Of a stretch of 63,756 bases of DNA, positions 34,927 to 42,597 are shown piece by piece. A program made the position numbers and the translations under genes. The notes beneath the pieces are model-generated. The model was given only the letters and a program-made list of their open reading frames with translations, was not told the origin of the DNA and did no database searches. The stretch spans positions 1-63,756 of the forward strand of contig JAHIVG010000004.1 of assembly GCA_018816705.1 (NCBI GenBank). Reading direction: 5' to 3'. Each line of letters begins with the position of its first letter. Position 1 is the first letter of the stretch. This DNA is from Nanobdellota archaeon. GTDB taxonomy: Archaea > Nanobdellota > Nanobdellia > Woesearchaeales > JAHIVG01.

Positions 34927-35319
34927 ATGGATAAAAAGACCCTCATCGCGGGCTTGGTGGCAGGCTTGGTCTACTTCCTCATCACGCTGCTTTTCAGCAT
35001 CGTGGGGATGCCATACATGCAGGAATCCTTCTTCAGGCTGCATGGCATACTATGGTATGTGCTGAAGCTGCCCTTCGACCTCCTCATAGGCATCCTGTTC
35101 GCCATAGTCTACGGATACATCCGCAATTCCATCCCAGGCAAGTACTGGAACCGGGGCTTCACCTACGGCTTCTTCGTCTTCTTCCTGGCAGAGATACCCA
35201 TGCTAGCCTTCCTGAGCCTGACCTTCACTCTCCCGGGCATCCTTCTCCTGATCTGGACTGTCGGCAGCTTCATTGCCAGGCTGCTCATGGGCTTCGTACT
35301 AGCGTTATTCATCAAGTAG
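34927..35319 (+). CDS. Small integral membrane protein (130 aa, about 4 TM)
   Basis: Four hydrophobic segments. No family recognised. Confidence 0.55.
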   Translation: MDKKTLIAGLVAGLVYFLITLLFSIVGMPYMQESFFRLHGILWYVLKLPFDLLIGILFAIVYGYIRNSIPGKYWNRGFTYGFFVFFLAEIPMLAFLSLTFTLPGILLLIWTVGSFIARLLMGFVLALFIK

Positions 35320-35323
35320 GGGT

Positions 35324-37468
35324 GTGCACTTGGACAAGAAAAGGGAAAAGCTGCTGTTCTATTCGATTACAGCCCTTGGCATATCTTCCGTCATCACCCA
35401 AATCCTGCTCATGCGGGAATTCCTCTCAGTCTTCTACGGCAACGAGCTCGTGCTCGGCATGATCCTAGCGAATTGGCTCCTGCTGACAGGGGTGGGAGCA
35501 TGGCTCGGCCGCTACGCTGACAGGTTCAAGGGCAAGCTCAGGCTCATCATCTATTCCCAGATTGCCATCGCATTCCTGCCTTTTGTCAACATCCTGCTCA
35601 TCCGCTGGCTCCGCAACGTGATCTTCCCGGTCGGGAGCATGGTCGGCATCGTGGAAATCTTCCTCAGCTCTTTCATCCTGCTCCTGCCGTACTGCATCAT
35701 ATCAGGCTTCCTCCTCACTCTCTTCTGCACCGTCTTCTCGTTCAAGCAGGACGCGAAGGCCATCGGCAGGGTCTACTTCATCGACAATATCGGCGACATC
35801 TTGGGAGGGATCCTCTTCAGTTTCATCCTTGTTTTCCTCCTGAATCCCTTTCAGATGATATTCTTCATCATGTTCATCAACCTCTTGGCTGCCCTGCTGC
35901 TGGCGATCTTCATCAAGAACACCCTCTTGGAGTATGTCCTCATCGCTCTGCTGGCTCTGTCAGTCCTGGCAGTCGCAATAGACTTCGACACGATCTCCAC
36001 CAAGATGCAATATGAAGGCCAGGAGCTGATAGCCAACGAGCATTCCCTCTACGGACATCTTGTTGTGACAAGAAGCGAGGACCAGCTTAACTTCTATGAG
36101 AACGGCGTCATCCTCTTCTCCACCGAGAACACCATATCGAACGAAGAGACCGTGCATTATGCCATGGTGCAGCATCCATCGCCCAAAAGGGTCCTGTTGA
36201 TATCAGGCGGCGTGGCAGGCACGCTGGACGAGATCCTCAAGTATGATGTCGAGCATGTTACGTATGTCGAGCTCGATCCTAAAGTCATCGGGCTCGGGCA
36301 AAGATACGCATCTCTTCCCGACGACGACAGGATCACCATAGTCAACAAGGATGCGAGGACCTACATAAAAGAGATCCACGAAGAGTTCGACCTTGACCTC
36401 TTCGATGTCATCATCATAGACCTGCCTGATCCTGGCACTGCACAGCTCAACAGGTTCTACACCCTGGAATTCTTCGAGGAGGCTAAAAGGATACTCAACC
36501 ATGACGGCATCCTCGCCACAAGCCTGATCTCGACCGAGAACTACATCAATCCTGAGGCAGTGAAGCTCAACTCGGTGCTGTATAATACCCTCCAGACAAT
36601 CTTCTCCAACACCATCATAATCCCGGGCACAAGGAATCATTTCATAGCTTCCGAGAATGACTTGACCTACGGCATCGCCGGCATGATTGAAGCTTTGAAC
36701 ATCTCGACCAGCTATGTGAACGCCGGATACCTGATGGGTGAGATCACCGAGGAGAGGGTGAGGTATCTTTTCAGCACGCTGGATCCGGATGTAGGCCTCA
36801 ATCTGGACTTCGAGCCGGCGTCATACTACCATCACCTGCTCTACTGGCTGAGCCATTTCAAGGTCAACTACTTCCTGTTGATCGGGATCATCCTGGCGAT
36901 CACCCTGGTCTTCGTCATCAGGCTGAGGCCTGTGAGCTTTGCCATATTCACCACCGGCTTCGCCGCATCTGGCCTCGAAGTGATCCTGCTCATCGGCTTC
37001 CAGATAATCTATGGTTTCATCTATCACATGATCGGAATTATCATAACCATGTTCATGCTCGGCCTTGCCGTAGGCTCATTCTACATGAACAGGACGCTCA
37101 AGAAGAGGAAGATAGGCTCTCTCATCAAGCTCGAGCTTCTCATCGCGGGCCTGGCTATAGCCTTGCCCTTCATCCTGATAGCCAGCGGCAGCACCGCAAT
37201 CGTCCTTGTGCCTCTCCTTACTTTCCTCGTGGCTCTCCTTACCGGCATGGAGTTCCCTCTGGCATCCAAGCTGTGTTTCAGCAAGGTCTCGAAGACAGCC
37301 GCCTCATTGTACAACGCAGACCTGGTCGGTGCTTTCGTCGGAGCGCTTCTGGTGTCTGCTCTCCTGCTGCCGCTCCTCGGCCTGCTAAAAGTCTGCCTGT
37401 TGATCAGCGGCCTGAACTTAGTCAGCGCCGGAATACTGTTCATCAAGAGAAATAGTTATAAAGCATGA
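35324..37468 (+). CDS. Membrane-embedded spermidine synthase-like (polyamine aminopropyltransferase family) protein (714 aa)
   Basis: About 7 N-terminal TM helices. Central soluble domain has ..RVLLISGGVAGTLDEILKY..V..VTYVELDP.., ..FDVIIIDLPDP.. and ..FYT.EFF. (SpeE/class I MTase motifs). Further C-terminal TM helices follow. GTG/TTG start is uncertain. Confidence 0.8.
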   Translation: MHLDKKREKLLFYSITALGISSVITQILLMREFLSVFYGNELVLGMILANWLLLTGVGAWLGRYADRFKGKLRLIIYSQIAIAFLPFVNILLIRWLRNVIFPVGSMVGIVEIFLSSFILLLPYCIISGFLLTLFCTVFSFKQDAKAIGRVYFIDNIGDILGGILFSFILVFLLNPFQMIFFIMFINLLAALLLAIFIKNTLLEYVLIALLALSVLAVAIDFDTISTKMQYEGQELIANEHSLYGHLVVTRSEDQLNFYENGVILFSTENTISNEETVHYAMVQHPSPKRVLLISGGVAGTLDEILKYDVEHVTYVELDPKVIGLGQRYASLPDDDRITIVNKDARTYIKEIHEEFDLDLFDVIIIDLPDPGTAQLNRFYTLEFFEEAKRILNHDGILATSLISTENYINPEAVKLNSVLYNTLQTIFSNTIIIPGTRNHFIASENDLTYGIAGMIEALNISTSYVNAGYLMGEITEERVRYLFSTLDPDVGLNLDFEPASYYHHLLYWLSHFKVNYFLLIGIILAITLVFVIRLRPVSFAIFTTGFAASGLEVILLIGFQIIYGFIYHMIGIIITMFMLGLAVGSFYMNRTLKKRKIGSLIKLELLIAGLAIALPFILIASGSTAIVLVPLLTFLVALLTGMEFPLASKLCFSKVSKTAASLYNADLVGAFVGALLVSALLLPLLGLLKVCLLISGLNLVSAGILFIKRNSYKA

Positions 37469-37487
37469 CTGTATCGGACTGAAAAGG

Positions 37488-37733
37488 ATGGTCAATATCA
37501 AATATCTCAGGATGATTGACAGGATCGCTGCATGGACATTGTTCGGCGTGATAATAATATTCTTGGTCTCAGGCTGGAACATGACCGGTAGGATACAGCT
37601 CTTCCCGGCCCACATAGCGCTCCGCATCCACAGACTAACGCACATACCACTGCTGATTCTGCTGTTCACACACCCTGCGATTTGCGTCTACAGGACCATA
37701 ATAAGATGGCGAAGAAAAAAGAGAAAAGGGTAG
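37488..37733 (+). CDS. Possible small 2-TM membrane protein (81 aa)
   Basis: Two hydrophobic helices and a basic tail (RWRRKKRKG). Overlaps the inferred amrS start by 28 nt, so either call could shift. Confidence 0.4.
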   Translation: MVNIKYLRMIDRIAAWTLFGVIIIFLVSGWNMTGRIQLFPAHIALRIHRLTHIPLLILLFTHPAICVYRTIIRWRRKKRKG

Positions 37734-38902
37734 AGAACCTGCTCTTCAAGAGGATAACCCGCAGGCAGTTCATAGGCTATGGCGCCGCAGGCCTGGCAGC
37801 CCTTTCTGCAGGCGGATACCTGCTGAACAAAGCTTTGAAGAAGCCAGGCTCTTCAATCTTTCCAGGGGAAGCGCCTTCCGAGCTCTGGAAGTGGAGCAAA
37901 GAGGGCTACCACTACAGGAAGCTCGGGGAGAACGTCCAATGTGAGGTCTGCCCGAACAGCTGCCTTCTTGAACCAGGGGACAGGAGCATCTGCCGCAACA
38001 AGATAAACCATGAGGGCAAGCTCTACACGCTAGCTTACGGCAACCCATGCGCAGTTCACATCGATCCGATAGAGAAGAAGCCCTTGTTCCATTTCCTGCC
38101 GCAGTCTCTTGCATTCTCCATAGCCACTGCTGGCTGCACCTTCCGCTGCCTGAACTGCCAGAACTGGAGCATATCCCAGTCCAAGCCTGAGGAGACTAGG
38201 AATTATGACCTGATGCCCGGCAAAGTGATCGAAGCGGCAATGCAGAACAAGTGCAGTTCGATAGCCTACACGTATTCAGAGCCCACCGCCTTCTATGAGT
38301 ACATGTATGACAGCTCAAAACTCGCCCAGGGCCGCGGCATCAAGAACATCTGGATCACCAACGGGTCGATGAATGAGGAAGCCTTGAGGGATCTCTGTAA
38401 ATATATGGATGCCGCGAATGTCGACCTGAAAGGATTCAAGGAAGACATCTACAACGAGCTGAATGCCGGCCAGCTGAAGCCCATCCTGCACACGCTGAAG
38501 GTGCTCAAGGAGGAGAAGAAATGGTTTGAGATCACGAACCTGGTCGTGCCTTCTTGGACAGATGACTTAGGCATGATCAGGGAGATGTGCTCCTGGCTGG
38601 ACAAAGAAGGCTTCTCTGATTACCCTCTGCATTTCTCAAGGTTCACGCCGCTGTACAAGCTGACGCATCTTCCGCCCACGCCGGTCAAGACGCTGGAGAA
38701 TGCTCGCAAGATAGCCCAGGATGAGGGCATCAAGTTCGTCTACATCGGCAACGTGCCCGGCACCGAGGCCCAGAACACCTACTGCCCCAGATGCAGCAAG
38801 CTCTTGATCGAGAGGCAGGGCTACTTGATAAAACAAAACCATATAAAAGATGGCACATGTGAGTTCTGCGGGGAGAAGATTCCAGGGGTGTGGACATTAT
38901 GA
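37706..38902 (+). CDS. amrS: AmmeMemoRadiSam system radical SAM enzyme with N-terminal twin-arginine (Tat) signal (398 aa)
   Basis: Tat-like ITRRQFIGYGAAGLAALSAGG. Auxiliary Cys cluster CEVCPNSCLL.PGDRSICRNK. Radical-SAM core GCTFRCLNCQNW (CX3CX2C). Confidence 0.85.
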   Translation: MAKKKEKRVENLLFKRITRRQFIGYGAAGLAALSAGGYLLNKALKKPGSSIFPGEAPSELWKWSKEGYHYRKLGENVQCEVCPNSCLLEPGDRSICRNKINHEGKLYTLAYGNPCAVHIDPIEKKPLFHFLPQSLAFSIATAGCTFRCLNCQNWSISQSKPEETRNYDLMPGKVIEAAMQNKCSSIAYTYSEPTAFYEYMYDSSKLAQGRGIKNIWITNGSMNEEALRDLCKYMDAANVDLKGFKEDIYNELNAGQLKPILHTLKVLKEEKKWFEITNLVVPSWTDDLGMIREMCSWLDKEGFSDYPLHFSRFTPLYKLTHLPPTPVKTLENARKIAQDEGIKFVYIGNVPGTEAQNTYCPRCSKLLIERQGYLIKQNHIKDGTCEFCGEKIPGVWTL

Positions 38903-40383
38903 AAAAAAAACGCTATATACGCATTTTTCCGACCTGGGTAATATATTTTATTATCATATTAGTTGTCCTTAGTATCCCAGTCATATTACTTCGTAATGGA
39001 AATTCTGAGATAAATGAGGACAGGAACGTCAGGCAAGCAGCTGTCGCCGGCACTTGGTATCCAGGCTCAAAGAGCGACCTGGAAAAATCAGTCGATGATT
39101 ATTTTGCGAAGGCTGCAGAGCCAGACCTGGAGAAGGACATAAAGGGCCTCATCGTGCCCCACGCAGGCTATGTCTATTCCGGCCAGGTGGCTGCGCAGGG
39201 CTTCAACCAGCTGACCAAGCAGTATGACAAGGTCTTCATCCTAGCCAGTAACCACGCCCAGGGTGTTGATGTTAAAGGCATTTCAGTGCCTGATTTCACG
39301 CATTACAGCACGCCGCTCGGCGAGGTCAAGGTGTCCGAGATTGCGCAAGAGCTGTTGGATCACGACCTCTTCGTCAGCGTCCCTGCTGCTCACACCACTC
39401 ATGTCATCGAGATTGAGCTGCCTTTCCTCCAGCAGAAGCTTGGAGATTTCGAGATCATACCTTTAGTAACTGGACCCCTGAACTTTGAGCAGATCCAGCA
39501 GGCTGCAGACATACTGTCGCAATATATCGACAGCCGCAGCCTGATTGTTGTCAGCTCTGACCTGTCGCATTATCACCCGTACGACGAGGCTCTCCTGCTC
39601 GACACGACATGCATAAAGGAGGTAGAGGCGCAGGACTTCGAGGGCGCTGCGAAGTGCGAGGCCTGCGGCCTCTACGCGATGTTCATCCTTCTGGAGCTAT
39701 CGAAACGGAACGGCTGGCAGGCCAAGATTGTCGACTACAAGAACAGCGGCGACACCTCGGGAGACAAGTCTAGTGTTGTTGGTTATAGCTCGATAATATT
39801 CTACGAACAGCTGCTGACCGAGGAGGAGAAGACGACCTTGTTGAAGCTTGCCCGGCAGCAGCTGGAGTCCATCTACGGCGAGGTCGAGATGGAGGAGTAC
39901 GAGCTCACCCCGAACCTGAGGAAAGTGCAGGGGTGTTTCTCGACGCTGAACAAGGACAGTAACCTCAGGGGCTGCATCGGTCACATCCTGCCGCAGGAGG
40001 AGCTGTATAAGTGCGTCATGGACAACATACAGAACGCTGCCTTGCACGATGCGCGCTTCCAGCCCGTGACAGAACAGGAGCTTGAGGACATTGAGATAGA
40101 GATAAGCGTGCTCACCGTGCCAGAGAAGCTCCCTTTTGAATCAGGAGAGGACCTGTTGCAGAAGCTCAGGCCAGGCATCGACGGTGTGGTGTTGAAGAAG
40201 GGTTTCCGCCAGTCTACATATCTTCCGCAGGTCTGGGACATGTTCCCTGATGCTGAGACCTTCCTCTCCAGCCTCTGCATGAAAGGCGGTATGCCGGTTG
40301 ATTGCTGGCAGGACACGAGCACAGAGGTCCTTACTTATCAGGCGATAGTTTTCGATGAATCAGAAATACCTCAGCAGGATTAG
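38899..40383 (+). CDS. amrB: Fused AmmeMemoRadiSam system protein B (Memo-like) + protein A (AMMECR1-like) with N-terminal signal anchor (494 aa)
   Basis: ATGA overlap with amrS. N-terminal MKKKRYIRIF + TM helix. Memo motifs AVAGTWYPGS and IVPHAGYVYSG. AMMECR1 motif ..LRGCIGHI.. plus the C-terminal ..STYLPQVW.. . Confidence 0.85.
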   Translation: MKKKRYIRIFPTWVIYFIIILVVLSIPVILLRNGNSEINEDRNVRQAAVAGTWYPGSKSDLEKSVDDYFAKAAEPDLEKDIKGLIVPHAGYVYSGQVAAQGFNQLTKQYDKVFILASNHAQGVDVKGISVPDFTHYSTPLGEVKVSEIAQELLDHDLFVSVPAAHTTHVIEIELPFLQQKLGDFEIIPLVTGPLNFEQIQQAADILSQYIDSRSLIVVSSDLSHYHPYDEALLLDTTCIKEVEAQDFEGAAKCEACGLYAMFILLELSKRNGWQAKIVDYKNSGDTSGDKSSVVGYSSIIFYEQLLTEEEKTTLLKLARQQLESIYGEVEMEEYELTPNLRKVQGCFSTLNKDSNLRGCIGHILPQEELYKCVMDNIQNAALHDARFQPVTEQELEDIEIEISVLTVPEKLPFESGEDLLQKLRPGIDGVVLKKGFRQSTYLPQVWDMFPDAETFLSSLCMKGGMPVDCWQDTSTEVLTYQAIVFDESEIPQQD

Positions 40384-40449
40384 GCTTACCTCGTACAGCA
40401 GCACCAATGGAATCCCTATCAACACTTGAGTAATCACGTCTGGCGGGTC
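40360..40449 (-). pseudogene. Remnant of a tatC 3' end (last 29 codons + stop), duplicated copy
   Basis: 40360-40414 matches 41514-41568 at 54/55 nt. 40415-40449 still aligns without gaps but with many differences. The remnant translates to ..DPPDVITQVLIGIPLVLLYEVSLILLRYF*, against ..TPPDVVTQVLIAIPLVLLYEVSLTLLRYF* in the intact tatC. Confidence 0.8.
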
Positions 40450-40477
40450 AAGAATAGTGTAATAATCACTCTGTCTT

Positions 40478-40930
40478 TTATGTATCCTGCTTGAAAGCGG
40501 ATAACAACTTCGGATAAATCACTTTCAGAAATTCCAGGACCTTTTTCGCAAACTCTGCATTGAATTCCTTTCCATAATACAGGATGCCGTTCCTGTAGTA
40601 TCTCAGGTCATTCATGAACCTCACTTGTCTCTCACCGAACTCCATCTTTCTCATATAGGACACTTCTGCCTCGTGGGCACCTTCGCCAGACGAGACAAAT
40701 CCCTTAATTAGCATCCTTGCCCTTATCAGCTCGATCAGCGCGTCATAAGAGCCTTCGATGTAGACATTCGCGCTGTCGTCAGACAGTCCCATCTTGCTGA
40801 TGGCCTGGTCGATGAATCGTTTCCTCTTCTGGGATTCATTGATCAAAGACCTTGCCCTGGATTTGTTGGGGCTGCTTTTTCTGATTGTCCCCTGCTCAAT
40901 GAATTCCTCAAAGCTTTTCAAAGGCCTCAT
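40478..40930 (-). CDS. HEPN-domain protein (150 aa)
   Basis: Helical protein overlapping the upstream MNT gene by 4 nt. The C-terminal ..NDLRYYRNGILYYG.. resembles the HEPN R-x-x-x-x-[HY] region (no His seen). The pairing with MNT is typical. Confidence 0.6.
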   Translation of the reverse strand: MRPLKSFEEFIEQGTIRKSSPNKSRARSLINESQKRKRFIDQAISKMGLSDDSANVYIEGSYDALIELIRARMLIKGFVSSGEGAHEAEVSYMRKMEFGERQVRFMNDLRYYRNGILYYGKEFNAEFAKKVLEFLKVIYPKLLSAFKQDT

Positions 40931-41466
40931 AGCTCCACTCCGCCCGAAAGGGTGATTCCGTTCAGGATATTCTCCCTGAGATCTACAATCACCTTATTCA
41001 AGCGCCCGTAATATTGTATGTTGATATCCCTTTCAAGAAGCCGGCTATATCCAGTCAAGTCCAGGTCACACCTTTTTGTCCCAATTATTGCTATGTCGAC
41101 GTCCGAGCTCATGACGTCCTCGCCTAATGAATAGCTCCCGAATAAAATAATGGTGCAGCCTGGGAACCGTTCCTCCAAGAATTCTGGGAGCTTGGATTCG
41201 TAGAGCATTTTTAGGTTCTCAACGCGCTTCATTTGGATTGCCTTAAGGCTGTTGCGATTAAGTTGGGCTGTGACAAGGTTAATAGTCTTGCTCTTTTCCT
41301 GGCTGATAAGTTCCCGCAGACCTTTAATGGCCTTGCCTACTGCTGTTGGCGAAACTTTTAGTGTGCGGGCAATCTCCCTTAAATTCATCGTTGTCCCTGC
41401 TTTAATGCATAGAAGCCTGAATATCTCATTCTGCAACCTTGTAAACTTTAGTTTATATATGTTCAT
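40927..41466 (-). CDS. Nucleotidyltransferase (MNT-type) with N-terminal wHTH (179 aa)
   Basis: Minimal NTase signature ILFGSYSLGEDVMSSDVDIAIIG (GS-x9-12-[DE]xD). N-terminal HTH-like LREIARTLKVSPTAVGKAIKGL. Confidence 0.8.
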   Translation of the reverse strand: MNIYKLKFTRLQNEIFRLLCIKAGTTMNLREIARTLKVSPTAVGKAIKGLRELISQEKSKTINLVTAQLNRNSLKAIQMKRVENLKMLYESKLPEFLEERFPGCTIILFGSYSLGEDVMSSDVDIAIIGTKRCDLDLTGYSRLLERDINIQYYGRLNKVIVDLRENILNGITLSGGVEL

Positions 41467-41513
41467 TTTAGTTTATAGGTGTAAACTTATCTTTATATGT
41501 TTTTCGGTTCAAG

Positions 41514-42206
41514 TCAGAAATACCTCAGCAGGGTTAGGCTTACCTCGTACAGCAGCACCAATGGAATCGCGATAAGCACCTGGGTAACGACGTCCGGTGG
41601 GGTGATGATCGCTGCAAGGACGAATATGCCGACGTAGATGTAAGGCCTCTGCCTCTTCAGGAAGCCTACAGATATGAGGTTGAGCTTCTTCAGCATTATC
41701 AGGATGAGCGGCAGCTCGAACACGAAGCCGAGAGCTATGCAGATGGTCAGGATGAAGCTGATCAATGCCTTGACGCTCCACAGGTTCTGTATGTCTGCCA
41801 GGCCGGACAGGCTTGCGAGGAAATACAAGGTGACTTTCAGGAAGACGAGATATGCGAATGCAGCTCCGACAAAGAACAGCAGGAAGAACCCCGGTATGAA
41901 ATACCTGACAGCTGCCATCTCCCGCTTGGTGGCTGCCGGCTTGAAGAACAGTATCGCCTCGTACAGGATTATGGGGCTTGACACCACTATGGCAAACAAT
42001 AATCCCAGCCTGAGCTGGGTGTAGATGAACTCTACAGGTGTAAGGACCACCACAGGGACATTCGCTATTAGCAGATCAGACAACATCTGCTTCAGTATGA
42101 TGGGAGAGAGGAAGACCCCGACGAAGAAGGTTATCCCGACCCAGATGATTATGACGAGCAGGCGCTTCCTCAGTTCATCCAGGTGCTCTATCAGCGGCTG
42201 CCGCAT
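41514..42206 (-). CDS. tatC: Sec-independent protein translocase TatC (230 aa)
   Basis: HL.ELRKRL.., six hydrophobic helices, and ..FLLFF.G..F.Y.. and ..ITPPD.. motifs typical of TatC. Confidence 0.9.
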   Translation of the reverse strand: MRQPLIEHLDELRKRLLVIIIWVGITFFVGVFLSPIILKQMLSDLLIANVPVVVLTPVEFIYTQLRLGLLFAIVVSSPIILYEAILFFKPAATKREMAAVRYFIPGFFLLFFVGAAFAYLVFLKVTLYFLASLSGLADIQNLWSVKALISFILTICIALGFVFELPLILIMLKKLNLISVGFLKRQRPYIYVGIFVLAAIITPPDVVTQVLIAIPLVLLYEVSLTLLRYF

Positions 42207-42207
42207 C

Positions 42208-42345
42208 TTACTTGAGCCCTTTCCTGTACTCCTTCACAGAGCCGCCCATTGCCCGTGCTAGCTGAGGCAGCTTCTTGGGCCCGAAGAGTATCAGCACTAT
42301 CACAAGGATTATCAAGATTTCAGTCATTCCGATCGCCATGGCCAT
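42208..42345 (-). CDS. tatA: Sec-independent protein translocase TatA/E (43-45 aa)
   Basis: Found by hand. M(AM)AIGMTEILIILVIVLILFGPKKLPQLARAMGGSVKEYRKGLK carries the TatA hallmark LFGPKKLP. The GGGGTG position favours ATG 42339. Its stop codon lies 1 nt upstream of the tatC start. Confidence 0.75.
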   Translation of the reverse strand: MAMAIGMTEILIILVIVLILFGPKKLPQLARAMGGSVKEYRKGLK

Positions 42346-42459
42346 CACCCCGAGATAGGGTTGGACAGATAGAATAAAAACTTTATGTTTACGGCTCTTG
42401 TCTCATGCCTGTAGCACGAATCCGGAATCCATGCCTGGACCGGCAAGAAGGCAACATGG

Positions 42460-42476
42460 ATACCATCAGATGGTAT
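42460..42476. promoter_or_regulatory. Perfect 8-1-8 palindrome ATACCATC-A-GATGGTAT in the tatA/antiporter intergenic region
   Basis: Read directly. Flanked by three copies of (C/T)ATGCCTG at 42404, 42430 and 42475. Confidence 0.3.
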
Positions 42477-42597
42477 GCCTGGCATGCGGGCTCATGATTC
42501 ATCCATACAAATACAGCACAAAATTTAAATACTAGTATATTGATGATTATATCAGTATACAAATTAATATACTCAATGACACCTGTTGGGGGTTATT

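Larger units (their letters stand above)
40450..41513 (-). mobile_element. Inserted HEPN / nucleotidyltransferase (MNT) toxin-antitoxin cassette flanked by direct repeats of the tatC 3' end
   Basis: A two-gene cassette with its own TATA-like ACATATAAAG upstream of the MNT gene. It is bracketed by the 40360-40449 and 41514-41603 repeats and is visibly AT-richer than its flanks. Confidence 0.6.

Noticed and set aside
38902-38910. A9 homopolymer at codons 2-4 of the Memo-AMMECR1 gene as a possible phase-variation tract
   Set aside because: It simply encodes the Lys-rich n-region (MKKKR) of the signal anchor. There is no evidence of slippage from a single sequence. It is worth checking only in read data.
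40478-40930. Calling the HEPN protein an active RNase toxin
   Set aside because: The canonical R-x4-6-H motif is not present. The sequence is ..LRYYRNGILYYG.., with no His. I therefore annotate only the domain and pairing, not the activity.
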